From Vicinamibacteria bacterium (GTDB lineage Bacteria; Acidobacteriota; Vicinamibacteria; Fen-336), in contig CAUZDW010000005.1 of NCBI GenBank assembly GCA_963578825.1, positions 67,608 to 131,607 on the forward strand: a DNA stretch of 64,000 nt, in the 5' to 3' direction. Under the pieces are notes generated by a model that was given only the letters and a program-made list of their open reading frames with translations, did no database searches and was not told the origin of the DNA. Positions 17,223 to 26,626 of the stretch are shown piece after piece. Position 1 is the first letter of the stretch. Each line of letters starts with the position of its first letter. A program made the translations under genes and the position numbers.

Positions 17223-18134
17223 ATGACCACCGCCTCGAGGCGATTCCTTCCGTATCTCGCTCTGGGTGTGGTGTGGGTCGTCTGGGGCTCGACGTATCTC
17301 GCGATGCGGGTCGCGGTGAGCGAAATGCCCCCGTTCGGGGCCGCCGCGGTGCGCTTCGGCGCGGCGGGGCTGGTGATGGCCCTGGTCGCCGTGGTCGTCG
17401 ATCGGCGCCAGGGTCGCCCGAGCCCGAGGCAGCTTCTCGAGTACGCAGGCATCGGTATCCTGCTCCTCTCGTTCGCCAACGGCCTCGTGATGTGGTCCGA
17501 GCAGACCATCCCGAGCGGCACGGCCGCTCTGGTCGTGGCCACCGTATCCGTGTGGTTCGTCCTGCTCGACGGGCTTCGCCCCGGGGGACAGCCGTGGACG
17601 GTTCGGGTCTGGTTGGGAACGGTCATCGGTCTGGCCGGGGTTGCTCTCGTGGCCCGCCCCGGGGGCGACGTCGCCAACGAGCACTGGCTGGCCATCCTGG
17701 GCCTTCTGTCCGCCAGCCTGGCATGGGCGGTGGGGTCGCTCTATGCCCAGTCGGTGGCGAAGCGGCTGCCCCTCGCCACTGCCGCAGCCACCGAGATGCT
17801 GGCTGCGGCTCTCGTCCTCGTTCTCGTGTCATGGCTGCTCGGGGAGGACCTGGATGATCTCGTCGGGGCGTCGCCCCGGGCGTGGGGTGGCCTGGTCTAC
17901 CTGGCGGCAGTCGGCTCCCTGGTCGGCTTCACAGCCTTCGCCTATTGCCTGAACGAGCTTCCCGCGAGCACCGTGAGCACGTACGCATACGTCAACCCGG
18001 TGGTGGCGGTTGTCCTGGGAGCCTTGATCCTTGGCGAGACCCTCACCCCAGGGTTGCTGGCTGGAGGGGCACTCATCCTGGTCGCGGTGATCCTCACCAC
18101 GATCCGTCCGCGCCCGCCTCAGTACAGCAAATAG
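17223..18134 (+). CDS. EamA/DMT-family transporter
   Basis: 10 TM helices; duplicated EamA-like halves. Confidence 0.8.
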   Translation: MTTASRRFLPYLALGVVWVVWGSTYLAMRVAVSEMPPFGAAAVRFGAAGLVMALVAVVVDRRQGRPSPRQLLEYAGIGILLLSFANGLVMWSEQTIPSGTAALVVATVSVWFVLLDGLRPGGQPWTVRVWLGTVIGLAGVALVARPGGDVANEHWLAILGLLSASLAWAVGSLYAQSVAKRLPLATAAATEMLAAALVLVLVSWLLGEDLDDLVGASPRAWGGLVYLAAVGSLVGFTAFAYCLNELPASTVSTYAYVNPVVAVVLGALILGETLTPGLLAGGALILVAVILTTIRPRPPQYSK

Positions 18135-19288
18135 GGCCTGCGTCGCCGTCGGAACTCGGCCTGCTGCCTCGCCCAGCCCCGCGTGAGCTTCTTTGGGGAG
18201 CGACCCGACTCGAGCGCCTCGCGGATCGAGTCCGTACCGCAGAGGATATCGATGGGGAGCTTGACGGTCTCGTACTCGTAGGGAGGGTCGCGCCACGCAA
18301 ACCGCTCCGGGTCCTGTTTCCTCGCATGGTGAATCAGGAGCAGGTAGATCAAGAAGCCGGAGAAGCGTTTCCTGCTCTTCACGTGCACCTGCACCCCGTG
18401 GCACAACCGGCCGGCGTGCTTCTGGAACGTGGGCGTGAAGGCCGTGGGGCGGAAGCCGACCCCATCCAGGCGCTCCTTCTCCAGGGCGCGGGCGAGAGCG
18501 TGGCCGTCGAGCCAGGGAGCACCGACGAGCTCGAAAGGGCGGGTGGTGCCTCGCCCTTCTGAGAGGTTGGTGCCTTCGACGAGGCAACCACCGGGGTAGA
18601 CGAATGCGGTGTCCGGCGTCGGGATGTTCGGCGAGGGGAGCACCCACGGGAGCCCCGTGTCCTCGAAGTACATCTTCCGCCCCCAGCCGCGCATCCGCAC
18701 GACCTGCACGTCGACGTCCAGGTCCAGCTCCTCCCGAAACATCAGCGCCAGCTCGCCAGGCGTCATGCCGTGGCGCACCGCCAGAGGATGCATTCCGACG
18801 AAGGAGCGGTAGCCGGGGTCGAGGACGTTCCCGTCCACGACGTCGCCCCCGAGTGGATTCGGGCGATCGAGGATGATCACACGCTTGCGCTGGCGGGCGC
18901 AGGCCTCGAGCACGTGAAGCATCGTGTAGATGTACGTGTAGTACCGGGATCCGACGTCCTGCAGATCGATCACGACCGCGTCGAGGCCCTCGAGCATCTT
19001 CGGGGTCGGGACTCGGGTCTCGCCGTAGAGGCTGTAGATCGGGAGTCCGCTCCGGGGCTTGCTCGAGTTCCCCACCTCGACGAGGTCCTGCGCGTCGGCG
19101 GAGATTCCGTGCTCCGGCCCGAAGAGGGCCACCAGCCGGACGCCTTGCAGTCGCCCGAGAACCTCGGAGGCGGACACCAGGTCGGCGTCGATCGACGCGG
19201 GGTTGCCGACGAGGCCGACGCGGAGCCCCCGGATCGGATGGGGCCTCCCGCGGAGCACCTCGAGACCTGATCGCACTCGACCGGCCAT
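18119..19288 (-). CDS. DUF1343-family protein (NamZ-like exo-beta-N-acetylmuramidase family)
   Basis: 389 aa; conserved DLQDVGSRYYTYIYTM and EGTNLSEGRGTT blocks characteristic of DUF1343. Confidence 0.7.
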   Translation of the reverse strand: MAGRVRSGLEVLRGRPHPIRGLRVGLVGNPASIDADLVSASEVLGRLQGVRLVALFGPEHGISADAQDLVEVGNSSKPRSGLPIYSLYGETRVPTPKMLEGLDAVVIDLQDVGSRYYTYIYTMLHVLEACARQRKRVIILDRPNPLGGDVVDGNVLDPGYRSFVGMHPLAVRHGMTPGELALMFREELDLDVDVQVVRMRGWGRKMYFEDTGLPWVLPSPNIPTPDTAFVYPGGCLVEGTNLSEGRGTTRPFELVGAPWLDGHALARALEKERLDGVGFRPTAFTPTFQKHAGRLCHGVQVHVKSRKRFSGFLIYLLLIHHARKQDPERFAWRDPPYEYETVKLPIDILCGTDSIREALESGRSPKKLTRGWARQQAEFRRRRRPYLLY

Positions 19289-19292
19289 TTGC

Positions 19293-21770
19293 CTACTCTG
19301 CGTACTCCAGCGTGAACGACGCCGGGGCGCGGCCTTCTCGAGTCGCAGTCCCGCTGATCGAGTTGTCCGCGAGCGTGCCCTCGAACCTGTGCACCTTGCC
19401 CTGGAGGTCGATGGTGAACCGCACGGTGCCGCGGCTGAAGGTGATGTCGCGCAGGGGCGAGCCCAGCTGGATCGATCCTCGCCACGTCTTCATGGAGCCG
19501 GTGACACCCTTGTCCGCCACCTCGATGAGCACCTCGAAGCGACGAGTGCCCGTGTCTGGATCGTTGATGTTCCCTTCCCAGCGCCCGTTGATCGCCACTT
19601 CCTCGCGCGGCGTCCGGTTGGATACCACGAGGGCTGCCTGGCGGAGAGCCTCAGCCATGGCTTCGGTCGGGGGGTACACGATGCTCGTGGCAATTCCCCG
19701 ACCTCCCGAGCGGCGTCGCGCGGCAGAGTAGATGTCGATGAACACCCGTGAGCGTTGGGAGCGGGCCAGCATGTGAAGCGGGCGCTCCTTGTACAGGAAC
19801 AGGCCAAAGTAGTCCTGCAGGAGGGCCGCCCAGTGCTGAGCGAGATTGCGGGCTCCCACCCGTCGACCCGAGCGCGATCCGGACTCCCAGACCCGCGAGT
19901 ACGCGGCAGCATCCTCGGCGGTCGCCGTGAGGAACGGATCGACCTCTCCGGCGACGGCCACCGAGGGAGCGGGTCGAGGCCGGTACTCGATCTCGATCTT
20001 CTTCGAGCGCGCCGAGGCAACGAGGCGGTTCAGGACCGTCGACACCTCCGCCGCGCGCAACGCCGTCGACTCGCTTGCGCCCGCTCCGCCGAGGAGCAGC
20101 ACGGGTCCGATTCGCGTCGAGACGAACGCCAGCGGCTCGCCCGGATAGCGGGTGACCGGCGCCGCGAAGAACCCGGGCGTGAAGCTCGAGGTGGTTGCTC
20201 GCGAGACGAAGTACTGCACCTGGTCGGAAGACGCTCGACCCCCCACTGTCACAACCACCGGCACTTCCGGGGACTCGGAGAGGGGAATCTCCGGGGCCAC
20301 CGCCGCGATCTCGCTGGTGGAGGCGGTGAGCACGAGGCCCGGAGCGCCGCCGAACGTCACGGTGTTGCCACCCGGATCGGGGGCGAAGCCCCGTCCCTTG
20401 ATCACCACGCGCTCGCCCATCGGTCCGCGAGACGGTTCGAGCAGCAGGACGAGCGGGGACCGGCCCACGTACAGCTCCACGGGCTCCAGTACGGTGCCGC
20501 CGGCCTGAACGACCAGCTCCGTTCTCTGCCCCTCGGTCAGTTGGAGGTCGGGCATCACGAGCCGGAGCCCCTCTGTCGTCGCTTCGGTCTCCACCGGAGT
20601 TCCGCCGATCGTGACCGACACCGGGTCGGCCAGGCTCTCGCCCCTGATGAGGATGGTCTCCCCGGGGAGGGCGACGTTCGGCTCCAGGGCGCTCACGTGC
20701 GGCGTGCCCGGGGGCGGCGCCGCCTGGGCGGACGGCGCGGACTGCGCCGCGGTCGGGGGAGGTGCCGGTGTTGCGACCTCCGTCCCGGGTCGAAGGAAGA
20801 ACCACCACCCCGCGGCCCCGAGAGCGAGCACGAGGGTGAGTCCGCCTGCCACAGGGACGATGGGTATCGATGAGCGCTGCTTTCGACGACCCTGCCGGCG
20901 GCCCCTGGTCCCTGGCTGGGCCCGTGCCGGCGGTGGTGCGGGCGCCGGTGGCGACTCCGACAGCAGCGGAGCCGGCTCGGCGTCCGCGATCCCTTCCGGC
21001 TCTTCGGAGGTCGCCAGTGGTATGGGAGGAAGATCGGTCTGGTACTCCGCCGGTGGTGGCGCCGTGAGTGGGGCGGCGGGCGCTGCGGCCGGGGCCGGGG
21101 GCGGCTCCTCGACCGCCGGCGCCTGCGGCGGCGCGGGTGGCAGCGGGCTGTCGAAAAGCGCCCCACCTTCGTCTGCGGGCACCTTCGTGGCTTCGAGGGG
21201 CGCGCCTTCGTCGAAGGGGACTTCCTCGGCGGCCAGGATTTCCTCTCCCCTGAGATCGGCCTCGACCCCCGGGGGCGAAGCCTGGGCAGGCTCGCTCCCC
21301 ACCACCGGCAGCGCCGTCGGTTGCGCGTCGCCTTCGAGAAGCAGAGGCGAACCTTCGGAATCGTCGATGAGCAGCGGTTGCTCTTCCTCGACCGCAGCAC
21401 CGAGGGCAGGCCCGTCGGCGACGGGACCTGCCGCAGCGCCGGGGAGGCGGACCAGGAGCTTCGCGCTGCCCTTGGCTCCAGGTGGGCCGAGGCAGATCCG
21501 ATCACCCTCCTGCAGGGGCTGCTCAGCCTCCACCTTCTCCCCGTTGACGAAAGTGCCCGTGGCGCTGCCCGCATCCGCGATGATGAGCCCGGCCGTGCCG
21601 AACGCCAGGCGGGCGTGGTGCGGCTCGACGTTGCCGAGCATGATCTGAACGTCGGCGTCCATGCTCGAGCCCAGGACCAGCTCACCGGCCGTCATGGCCA
21701 GCGGATAGGTGGTCCCGTCGAGGGGCCCTCCCGTCATCACCAGCGTTGGCTGGGTCACGCCTTCGGACAC
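19293..21770 (-). CDS. FHA-domain membrane protein: N-terminal FHA, Pro-rich linker, TM helix, Ig-like/IPT repeats
   Basis: LVLGSSMDADVQIMLGNVEPHHARLAF...ATGTFVNGEKV is an FHA signature; long PAPAPP linker; one TM helix (LTLVLALGAAGWWFF). An alternative ATG start lies at 21737. Confidence 0.7.
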   Translation of the reverse strand: MSEGVTQPTLVMTGGPLDGTTYPLAMTAGELVLGSSMDADVQIMLGNVEPHHARLAFGTAGLIIADAGSATGTFVNGEKVEAEQPLQEGDRICLGPPGAKGSAKLLVRLPGAAAGPVADGPALGAAVEEEQPLLIDDSEGSPLLLEGDAQPTALPVVGSEPAQASPPGVEADLRGEEILAAEEVPFDEGAPLEATKVPADEGGALFDSPLPPAPPQAPAVEEPPPAPAAAPAAPLTAPPPAEYQTDLPPIPLATSEEPEGIADAEPAPLLSESPPAPAPPPARAQPGTRGRRQGRRKQRSSIPIVPVAGGLTLVLALGAAGWWFFLRPGTEVATPAPPPTAAQSAPSAQAAPPPGTPHVSALEPNVALPGETILIRGESLADPVSVTIGGTPVETEATTEGLRLVMPDLQLTEGQRTELVVQAGGTVLEPVELYVGRSPLVLLLEPSRGPMGERVVIKGRGFAPDPGGNTVTFGGAPGLVLTASTSEIAAVAPEIPLSESPEVPVVVTVGGRASSDQVQYFVSRATTSSFTPGFFAAPVTRYPGEPLAFVSTRIGPVLLLGGAGASESTALRAAEVSTVLNRLVASARSKKIEIEYRPRPAPSVAVAGEVDPFLTATAEDAAAYSRVWESGSRSGRRVGARNLAQHWAALLQDYFGLFLYKERPLHMLARSQRSRVFIDIYSAARRRSGGRGIATSIVYPPTEAMAEALRQAALVVSNRTPREEVAINGRWEGNINDPDTGTRRFEVLIEVADKGVTGSMKTWRGSIQLGSPLRDITFSRGTVRFTIDLQGKVHRFEGTLADNSISGTATREGRAPASFTLEYAE

Positions 21771-21845
21771 GAGGCCACCCCCCGGAACAGACAGTAAGGA
21801 AAAGGAGATCCTCCGTCTCTGGCCAAGATTTCACCACACGCCCTC

Positions 21846-21875
21846 GGCACGTGTCAACGATCGTTGACACGTGCG
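21846..21875. promoter_or_regulatory. 30-bp perfect palindrome GCACGTGTCAACGATCGTTGACACGTGC carrying divergent TTGACA -35 hexamers; candidate operator/bidirectional promoter core between FHA-protein gene and pilZ
   Basis: Exact reverse-complement symmetry verified base by base. On the + strand, TTGACA (21864-21869) lies 17 nt from TAACAT (21887-21892) ahead of the pilZ ATG at 21918. Confidence 0.6.
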
Positions 21876-21917
21876 TCCCAGGGTGCTAACATCCCGAGCG
21901 GGCACTCTGAGCAATCC

Positions 21918-22373
21918 ATGACCACTGTTTCCTCCAAAGCGCCGCAGGCTCCTCCTCCCGAGAGTGTGCTCCAGCAGCTCCGCATCCCCTTCGTCCGCCG
22001 CGCAACGCTCGTGCGGGGCGAAGGTGAAGAAGAGGCGTTCGTCATCGATATCGGGCTGGCGGGAGTCTTCGTCGAGCGCCCCGAGGCGCTGTCCCAGGAC
22101 GAGACCCTGTCGATCCGCTTCGCCTGGCCGGGAAGCGAGAGACCGTTCGCGGCCACCTGCCGCGTGGCCTGGTGGCATCCCGAGGGCGAATCGCTGAGCT
22201 CCAAGTCTCTGCCGCCCGGTGGCGGCCTTCAGTTCGTCGAGATGTCCGAGTCGGACGGAGAGCGGCTGCGCGTGCTGCTGGTCGAGTACTGCCAGCAGGA
22301 GCCGCGGGTGCGCCGCTTCCTGCGTCACTGGCCCGCGGCGGAGAGTCGGGGAGACGACCCCACCGCGGGCTGA
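21918..22373 (+). CDS. PilZ-domain protein (c-di-GMP binding)
   Basis: RxxxR (FVRRATLVRGEG) and DIGLAGVFVE (DxSxxG-like) motifs. The ATG lies downstream of the predicted promoter in the palindrome; the track ORF start at 21864 sits inside the -35 box. Confidence 0.65.
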   Translation: MTTVSSKAPQAPPPESVLQQLRIPFVRRATLVRGEGEEEAFVIDIGLAGVFVERPEALSQDETLSIRFAWPGSERPFAATCRVAWWHPEGESLSSKSLPPGGGLQFVEMSESDGERLRVLLVEYCQQEPRVRRFLRHWPAAESRGDDPTAG

Positions 22374-22382
22374 CCCTGCGAG

Positions 22383-23084
22383 ATGGCCCGGGTCCGTATC
22401 GTCCTCGTCCGGCCGGAGAGCGCCGCCAACGTCGGCGCCAGCGCTCGACTTGTGCGCAACGCGGGCCTGGACGGCCTCGACCTGGTCGCTCCCGGCGACT
22501 GGCGCAGCGTCGAATGCTGGCGCATCGCCTGGGGCGCACACGAGGTTCTGGAGTCCGCCCGCGTCTTTCCCGATCTCGTTTCGGCTCTCGAGGGGACCGC
22601 GCTCGCCGTGGCCCTGACCGGCCGGCGGCGCACGGGCTCTCTGCCCATCGACATCCGTGACGCCGCGCAGGAGGTCGCCACCCTCGGGCAGGAAGAGACG
22701 GCGGCCGTCGTGTTCGGCCCGGAGACGAGCGGCCTCTCGAGCGAGGAGGTGGCGGCCTGCGGTTGCCAGGCTCGGATCTCGTCTCACCCCGACCAGCCGT
22801 CCTTCAACCTCTCGCACGCGGTGGCAATCGCGTCGTACGAGGTGCACCGGGCTCTTCAGCGAGGAGAGGGCCAGGGGCCGCGTCGCGCCACCCACGGCGA
22901 GAAGGAGCGCCTTCTTGCGCTCCTGCAGGAGGGCCTCGTCGCCATCGACGCGTTCCCCGCTTCCAGGGCCGAGGGCCAGCTCCGGGAGTGGCGGGCGCTC
23001 GTCCACCGCACCGATGTCACTCCTCGGGAGCTGAAGCTCCTCGAGCACATGGCTCGCAAGATGGCCGCGTCCGCTGCGCGCTGA
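22383..23084 (+). CDS. SpoU/TrmH-family RNA 2'-O-methyltransferase (TrmJ-like)
   Basis: RIVLVRPESAANVGASARLVRNAGLDGLDLVAP N-terminus typical of TrmJ/LasT. Confidence 0.8.
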   Translation: MARVRIVLVRPESAANVGASARLVRNAGLDGLDLVAPGDWRSVECWRIAWGAHEVLESARVFPDLVSALEGTALAVALTGRRRTGSLPIDIRDAAQEVATLGQEETAAVVFGPETSGLSSEEVAACGCQARISSHPDQPSFNLSHAVAIASYEVHRALQRGEGQGPRRATHGEKERLLALLQEGLVAIDAFPASRAEGQLREWRALVHRTDVTPRELKLLEHMARKMAASAAR

Positions 23085-23326
23085 TGGCCGAGCACCAGGA
23101 GCCCTTCGCCGACGTGGAGGTCCACGACGGCGGCTTCTCCATTCCGGAGCTCAAGTGGCGCGAGCTCGTCTTCGTGGGAGCCGTTCGCGCCGAGGGCGAG
23201 CTCTGGGTGCGCGATCCCTCGAGACCCCTACCGCCCTTCCGGACGCCGAACCTGTTCCCGGCAGGTGTCCGCTTCCACACGGAGCGGCACGGGGCTCGGG
23301 TGCTCGTCCGTCCGGAGCCCGGCTGA
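23084..23326 (+). CDS. Small hypothetical protein (80 aa), translationally coupled to the methyltransferase gene (TGATG overlap)
   Basis: ATG overlaps the upstream TGA; no recognisable domain. Confidence 0.35.
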   Translation: MAEHQEPFADVEVHDGGFSIPELKWRELVFVGAVRAEGELWVRDPSRPLPPFRTPNLFPAGVRFHTERHGARVLVRPEPG

Positions 23327-23356
23327 AGCGCCTCCTGGGCCCGCGGAGCCAGGACA

Positions 23357-23370
23357 ATCGCCCTATAATC
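23357..23370 (+). promoter_or_regulatory. TCGCCCTATAATCA promoter-like element immediately upstream of the pcnB GTG (leaderless arrangement)
   Basis: Identical 14-mer to 11787-11800. Confidence 0.4.
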
Positions 23371-23375
23371 ACGTC

Positions 23376-24734
23376 GTGGACACTCCTTCCGGCAACCAGG
23401 CGCCTCGTATCCTTTCCAGGCCGGAGCACATCGTCTCCCGGCAGAACATCGACCCGGATGCCCTTAAAGTCCTCTACCGCCTGAAGAACCACGGTTTTGT
23501 CGCCTATCTGGTCGGTGGCGGGGTCCGCGATCTGCTGCTGAGTCGCCGACCCAAGGACTTCGACATCAGCACGAGCGCCCACCCTCAGCAGGTGCGCAAG
23601 CTCTTCCGCAACAGCTTCATCGTGGGCCGGCGGTTCCGCCTGGTCCACGTTCGCTTCGGCCGCAACGTGGTCGAGACCGCCACCTTTCGCAAGGCCTCGG
23701 AGCCGGAGGCGGGCGACACTCTAGTCCGTCGCGACAACACTTTCGGAACCCCCGAGGAGGATGCGTTCCGACGCGACTTCACCGTCAACGCTCTCTTCTA
23801 CGACATCGCCAACTTCTCGGTGATCGACTGGGTGGGCGGTCTCGAAGACCTGGAGGCGCGTCTCATCCGAACGATCGGAGACCCGGGTGTCCGCCTTCTA
23901 GAGGACCCGGTGCGGATGCTCCGAGCAGTCGCCATCGCGGCCCGGCTCGACTTCAAGATCGACAACGACACGGTGGAGGCCATCCGGGCCCTGAGGGGCG
24001 AGATCGTTCGGAGCAGCTCGGCCCGCATCCTCGAGGAGTTCTACAAGATCCTGCGCATGGGCCGTTCCCGTCGGACCTTCGAGATGCTCCACGAGTACGG
24101 GCTGCTCGCCTACCTCCTGCCGGAGGCCGACGCCGCCATCGGCCAGGGTGGCGAGGCTCTCCTCGGAAGCCTGTCCCGGCTGGACGGCTACCGCAACAGC
24201 GGGACCGATCTCGAGGCGCTCACCAATCCGCTTCTCACCGGGTCGCTCCTCGTCCCCCTCGGCGTCCCTCTGCGCCGCATGCCCACGTCCACCCCGAGCT
24301 GGCGGCGCAGGGGCCGCAAGGATCAGCCGGTGGAGGACTTGGCGAGCGAGATCGCCTCTCTTGGTGGGGAAGAGGATCCCGAGCCGACGAAGTCCTCCGC
24401 CCCGCCCCCGTCGATCCTGCCGTTCGCACGGCGCGACCTCGAGCGGCTGCGCCTGCTCCTCGCCGCCCAGCGACGGCTGCGCGAGGTGGACGCCCCGGCG
24501 TCGGCCCGGCAGGCGCTGGCCGCCAAGACGTATTTCGACGACGCGCTTCGGTGGATGGAGATCCACGGGGGCCCCGAAGGACACGAGCTCGCCGCCCAGT
24601 GGCGCCGCATGCCCCGGAAGGCGGACGAGTCCGCGCGTGACGTGGGGCCGGCGCGGGACGAGCCCAAGGCGCCGCCCCGCAAGCGCCGCCGCCGCCGCCG
24701 TCGGCCCGGCGCCTCGAACACCGCGCGGGCCTGA
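23376..24734 (+). CDS. pcnB: Poly(A) polymerase I / CCA-adding enzyme family (PcnB-like)
   Basis: AYLVGGGVRDLLL...PKDFDISTSAHPQQV...RDFTVNALFYD matches the PcnB head domain. The in-frame GTG at 23376 sits 6 nt after a TATAAT box, suggesting a leaderless mRNA. Confidence 0.8.
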   Translation: MDTPSGNQAPRILSRPEHIVSRQNIDPDALKVLYRLKNHGFVAYLVGGGVRDLLLSRRPKDFDISTSAHPQQVRKLFRNSFIVGRRFRLVHVRFGRNVVETATFRKASEPEAGDTLVRRDNTFGTPEEDAFRRDFTVNALFYDIANFSVIDWVGGLEDLEARLIRTIGDPGVRLLEDPVRMLRAVAIAARLDFKIDNDTVEAIRALRGEIVRSSSARILEEFYKILRMGRSRRTFEMLHEYGLLAYLLPEADAAIGQGGEALLGSLSRLDGYRNSGTDLEALTNPLLTGSLLVPLGVPLRRMPTSTPSWRRRGRKDQPVEDLASEIASLGGEEDPEPTKSSAPPPSILPFARRDLERLRLLLAAQRRLREVDAPASARQALAAKTYFDDALRWMEIHGGPEGHELAAQWRRMPRKADESARDVGPARDEPKAPPRKRRRRRRRPGASNTARA

Positions 24735-24767
24735 GCTACAGCAAGGCTCCCAGGAGGTGCATCGGAC

Positions 24768-25040
24768 ATGGACACTCTCTCTGACGCAGAGATCACCCAA
24801 CGACTCGCCAGTCTGCCCGGATGGGAGCGCCACGGAAGCCGGATCCGTCGGACCTTCAGCTTCGACGACTTCAAGGGCTCCATGGCCTTCGTCAACCGCG
24901 TAGCCGAGCTTGCCGAGGCTGCAGACCACCACCCGGACGTGGACATTCGCTACTCGAAGGTGACCCTCGCCCTGAGCACCCACGACGCCGGTGGCCTCAC
25001 CGGACGAGACTTCGATCTCGCGGGCAAGGTCCAGACGTGA
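24768..25040 (+). CDS. Pterin-4a-carbinolamine dehydratase
   Basis: W-ERHGSRIRRTFSFDDFKGSMAFVNRVAELAEAADHHPDVDIRYSKVTLALSTHDAGGLT is the PCD/DCoH signature. Confidence 0.85.
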   Translation: MDTLSDAEITQRLASLPGWERHGSRIRRTFSFDDFKGSMAFVNRVAELAEAADHHPDVDIRYSKVTLALSTHDAGGLTGRDFDLAGKVQT

Positions 25041-25894
25041 AAGCCCTGGTCGCCGGGGCCGGCGGCCAGCTCGGGCGTGAGCTGGTCTCGGCGCTGGGCG
25101 ACCAGGTGGCCTGGGCGGGAGACCGCTCGCAGCTCGACGTCACCGACGACGACGCGGTGGCGTCTGTCCTGGAGCAAGTCCGCCCCGACGTCATCTTCAA
25201 TGCGACGGCCTACAACAGGGTCGATCTGGCGGAGACCGAGCCCGACGTCGCCCTGGCTGTGAACGCGCTGGCCCCTCGCACCCTGGCGCTGGCCGCCCGT
25301 GAGACGAGCGCTCTCGTCGTGCACTTCTCCACCGACTACGTCTTCGACGGTGAGTCGACCCGCCCCTACCGAGAAGACGACTGCCCGAGACCCCTCGGGG
25401 TCTACGGCGTGTCGAAGATGGCCGGCGAGCAACTGGTCACCGGAGCCGGCGGCGAGCACCTGATCATCCGGACGAGCGGTGTTCTCGGCCGCGGGGGGAG
25501 CGAGCAGAAGGGAGGATCGTTCGCCGGGCGAATCCTCGCCAGGGCCCGGCAGGGGAAGCCACTTCGGGTCGTCGCCGACCAGACCTTCGCACCAACCTGC
25601 GCTGCGGACCTGGCTGCGGCGACCCTCGCCCTCGTGCGCACCGGAGCTCGCGGGCTCGTCCACATCACGAACGCGGGCTCCTGCACCTGGCATGAGCTGG
25701 CCGAGGCCACGCTCGCCCTGGCCGCGATCGACGTCCCGGTGGAGGCCATCGAGTCGGCGCAGCTCGCGCTTCCAGTACGGCGTCCCGCCTACTCGGTGCT
25801 CGACACTCGCCGCAGTGTCGAGCTCGGCTTGGAGCCGCTGCGCTCGTGGCGCGAGGCCCTTGCCGACTGCGTCGAGCCGTCCGAGGAGCTCTGA
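25037..25894 (+). CDS. rfbD: dTDP-4-dehydrorhamnose reductase
   Basis: VKALVAGAGGQLGRELV...YGVSKMAGEQ (YxxxK) matches the RmlD family. GTG start overlaps the upstream TGA. Confidence 0.8.
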   Translation: MKALVAGAGGQLGRELVSALGDQVAWAGDRSQLDVTDDDAVASVLEQVRPDVIFNATAYNRVDLAETEPDVALAVNALAPRTLALAARETSALVVHFSTDYVFDGESTRPYREDDCPRPLGVYGVSKMAGEQLVTGAGGEHLIIRTSGVLGRGGSEQKGGSFAGRILARARQGKPLRVVADQTFAPTCAADLAAATLALVRTGARGLVHITNAGSCTWHELAEATLALAAIDVPVEAIESAQLALPVRRPAYSVLDTRRSVELGLEPLRSWREALADCVEPSEEL

Positions 25895-25923
25895 TTGACG
25901 CGCTCGGACCTTTCCGATACGCT
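25895..25923 (+). promoter_or_regulatory. Candidate sigma70 promoter for the tRNA pair: TTGACG -35, 17-nt spacer, TACGCT -10
   Basis: Read directly from the sequence; spacing from the tRNA 5' end (25940) is appropriate. Confidence 0.3.
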
Positions 25924-25939
25924 CTTTCGGTTGTCCGTT

Positions 25940-26014
25940 GGGCGGTTAGCTCAGCGGTAGAGCACTGGTCTTACACGCCGGGTGTCACAGGTTCGAATCC
26001 TGTACCGCCCACCA
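25940..26014 (+). tRNA. tRNA-Val (anticodon TAC)
   Basis: Manual cloverleaf: acceptor GGGCGGT/ACCGCCC, D-arm GCTC..GAGC, anticodon loop CTTACAC, T-arm ACAGG TTCGAAT CCTGT, encoded CCA. Confidence 0.9.
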
Positions 26015-26047
26015 GGATTTCACCCGAGGGCCCGTGCGCACACCCGC

Positions 26048-26124
<77 letters not shown>

Positions 26125-26147
26125 AAGTGCACCCCTCGTCGCCGACT

Positions 26148-26187
26148 CCAACCCGCGACGTCTTCATCTAGACCGGTCGCGGGTTGG
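26148..26187 (+). terminator. 12-bp perfect stem (CCAACCCGCGAC / GTCGCGGGTTGG) with 16-nt loop immediately after tRNA-Asp; likely tRNA operon terminator or processing hairpin (no U-tract)
   Basis: Inverted repeat read directly from the sequence. Confidence 0.35.
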
Positions 26188-26626
26188 CGCCGCACCGGCC
26201 CTGACGAGGGCCGCCGCCGCACCTCAACCTCGCTAGCGCTCGGGCGTCGAGTTCCGTCCATGGGTCGACCGTGGGCGAGGCGGGGGCGGCTGGAGCGTGA
26301 GGGCACCCCATCTCGCCGCATCGGCTCTAGCGGAACGCGCCTCGCAGGAGCAGAAAGATGGTGAATAATCCGGGCAGGAGCCCGTGGCGGATGGCCGAGC
26401 TGTCGCCCAGCGATCATTACCCGTCGAACGATGAAGATGTTGCGAATGCTGGAGAACCACGATGACCTGGGATGACCATGCCAGGACCTGGGAGAATGTG
26501 GGTACGCGGGCCTACGCTGAGGCGGCGTTCGCATCGCTCGAGCACGCTTCTTTGCCTGTGGTCCGCCAGTGGCAGCAGGGTAGTCGGGCCTCGTGACTGC
26601 CGAGGGGCTCGATAGGAGGGCGTCCA

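Noticed and set aside
19651-20873. Multiple 350-390-aa ORFs on both strands inside the FHA-protein gene
   Set aside because: Overlap a coherent 825-aa reading frame that has an FHA domain and TM helix; the alternates are Arg/Gly-rich.
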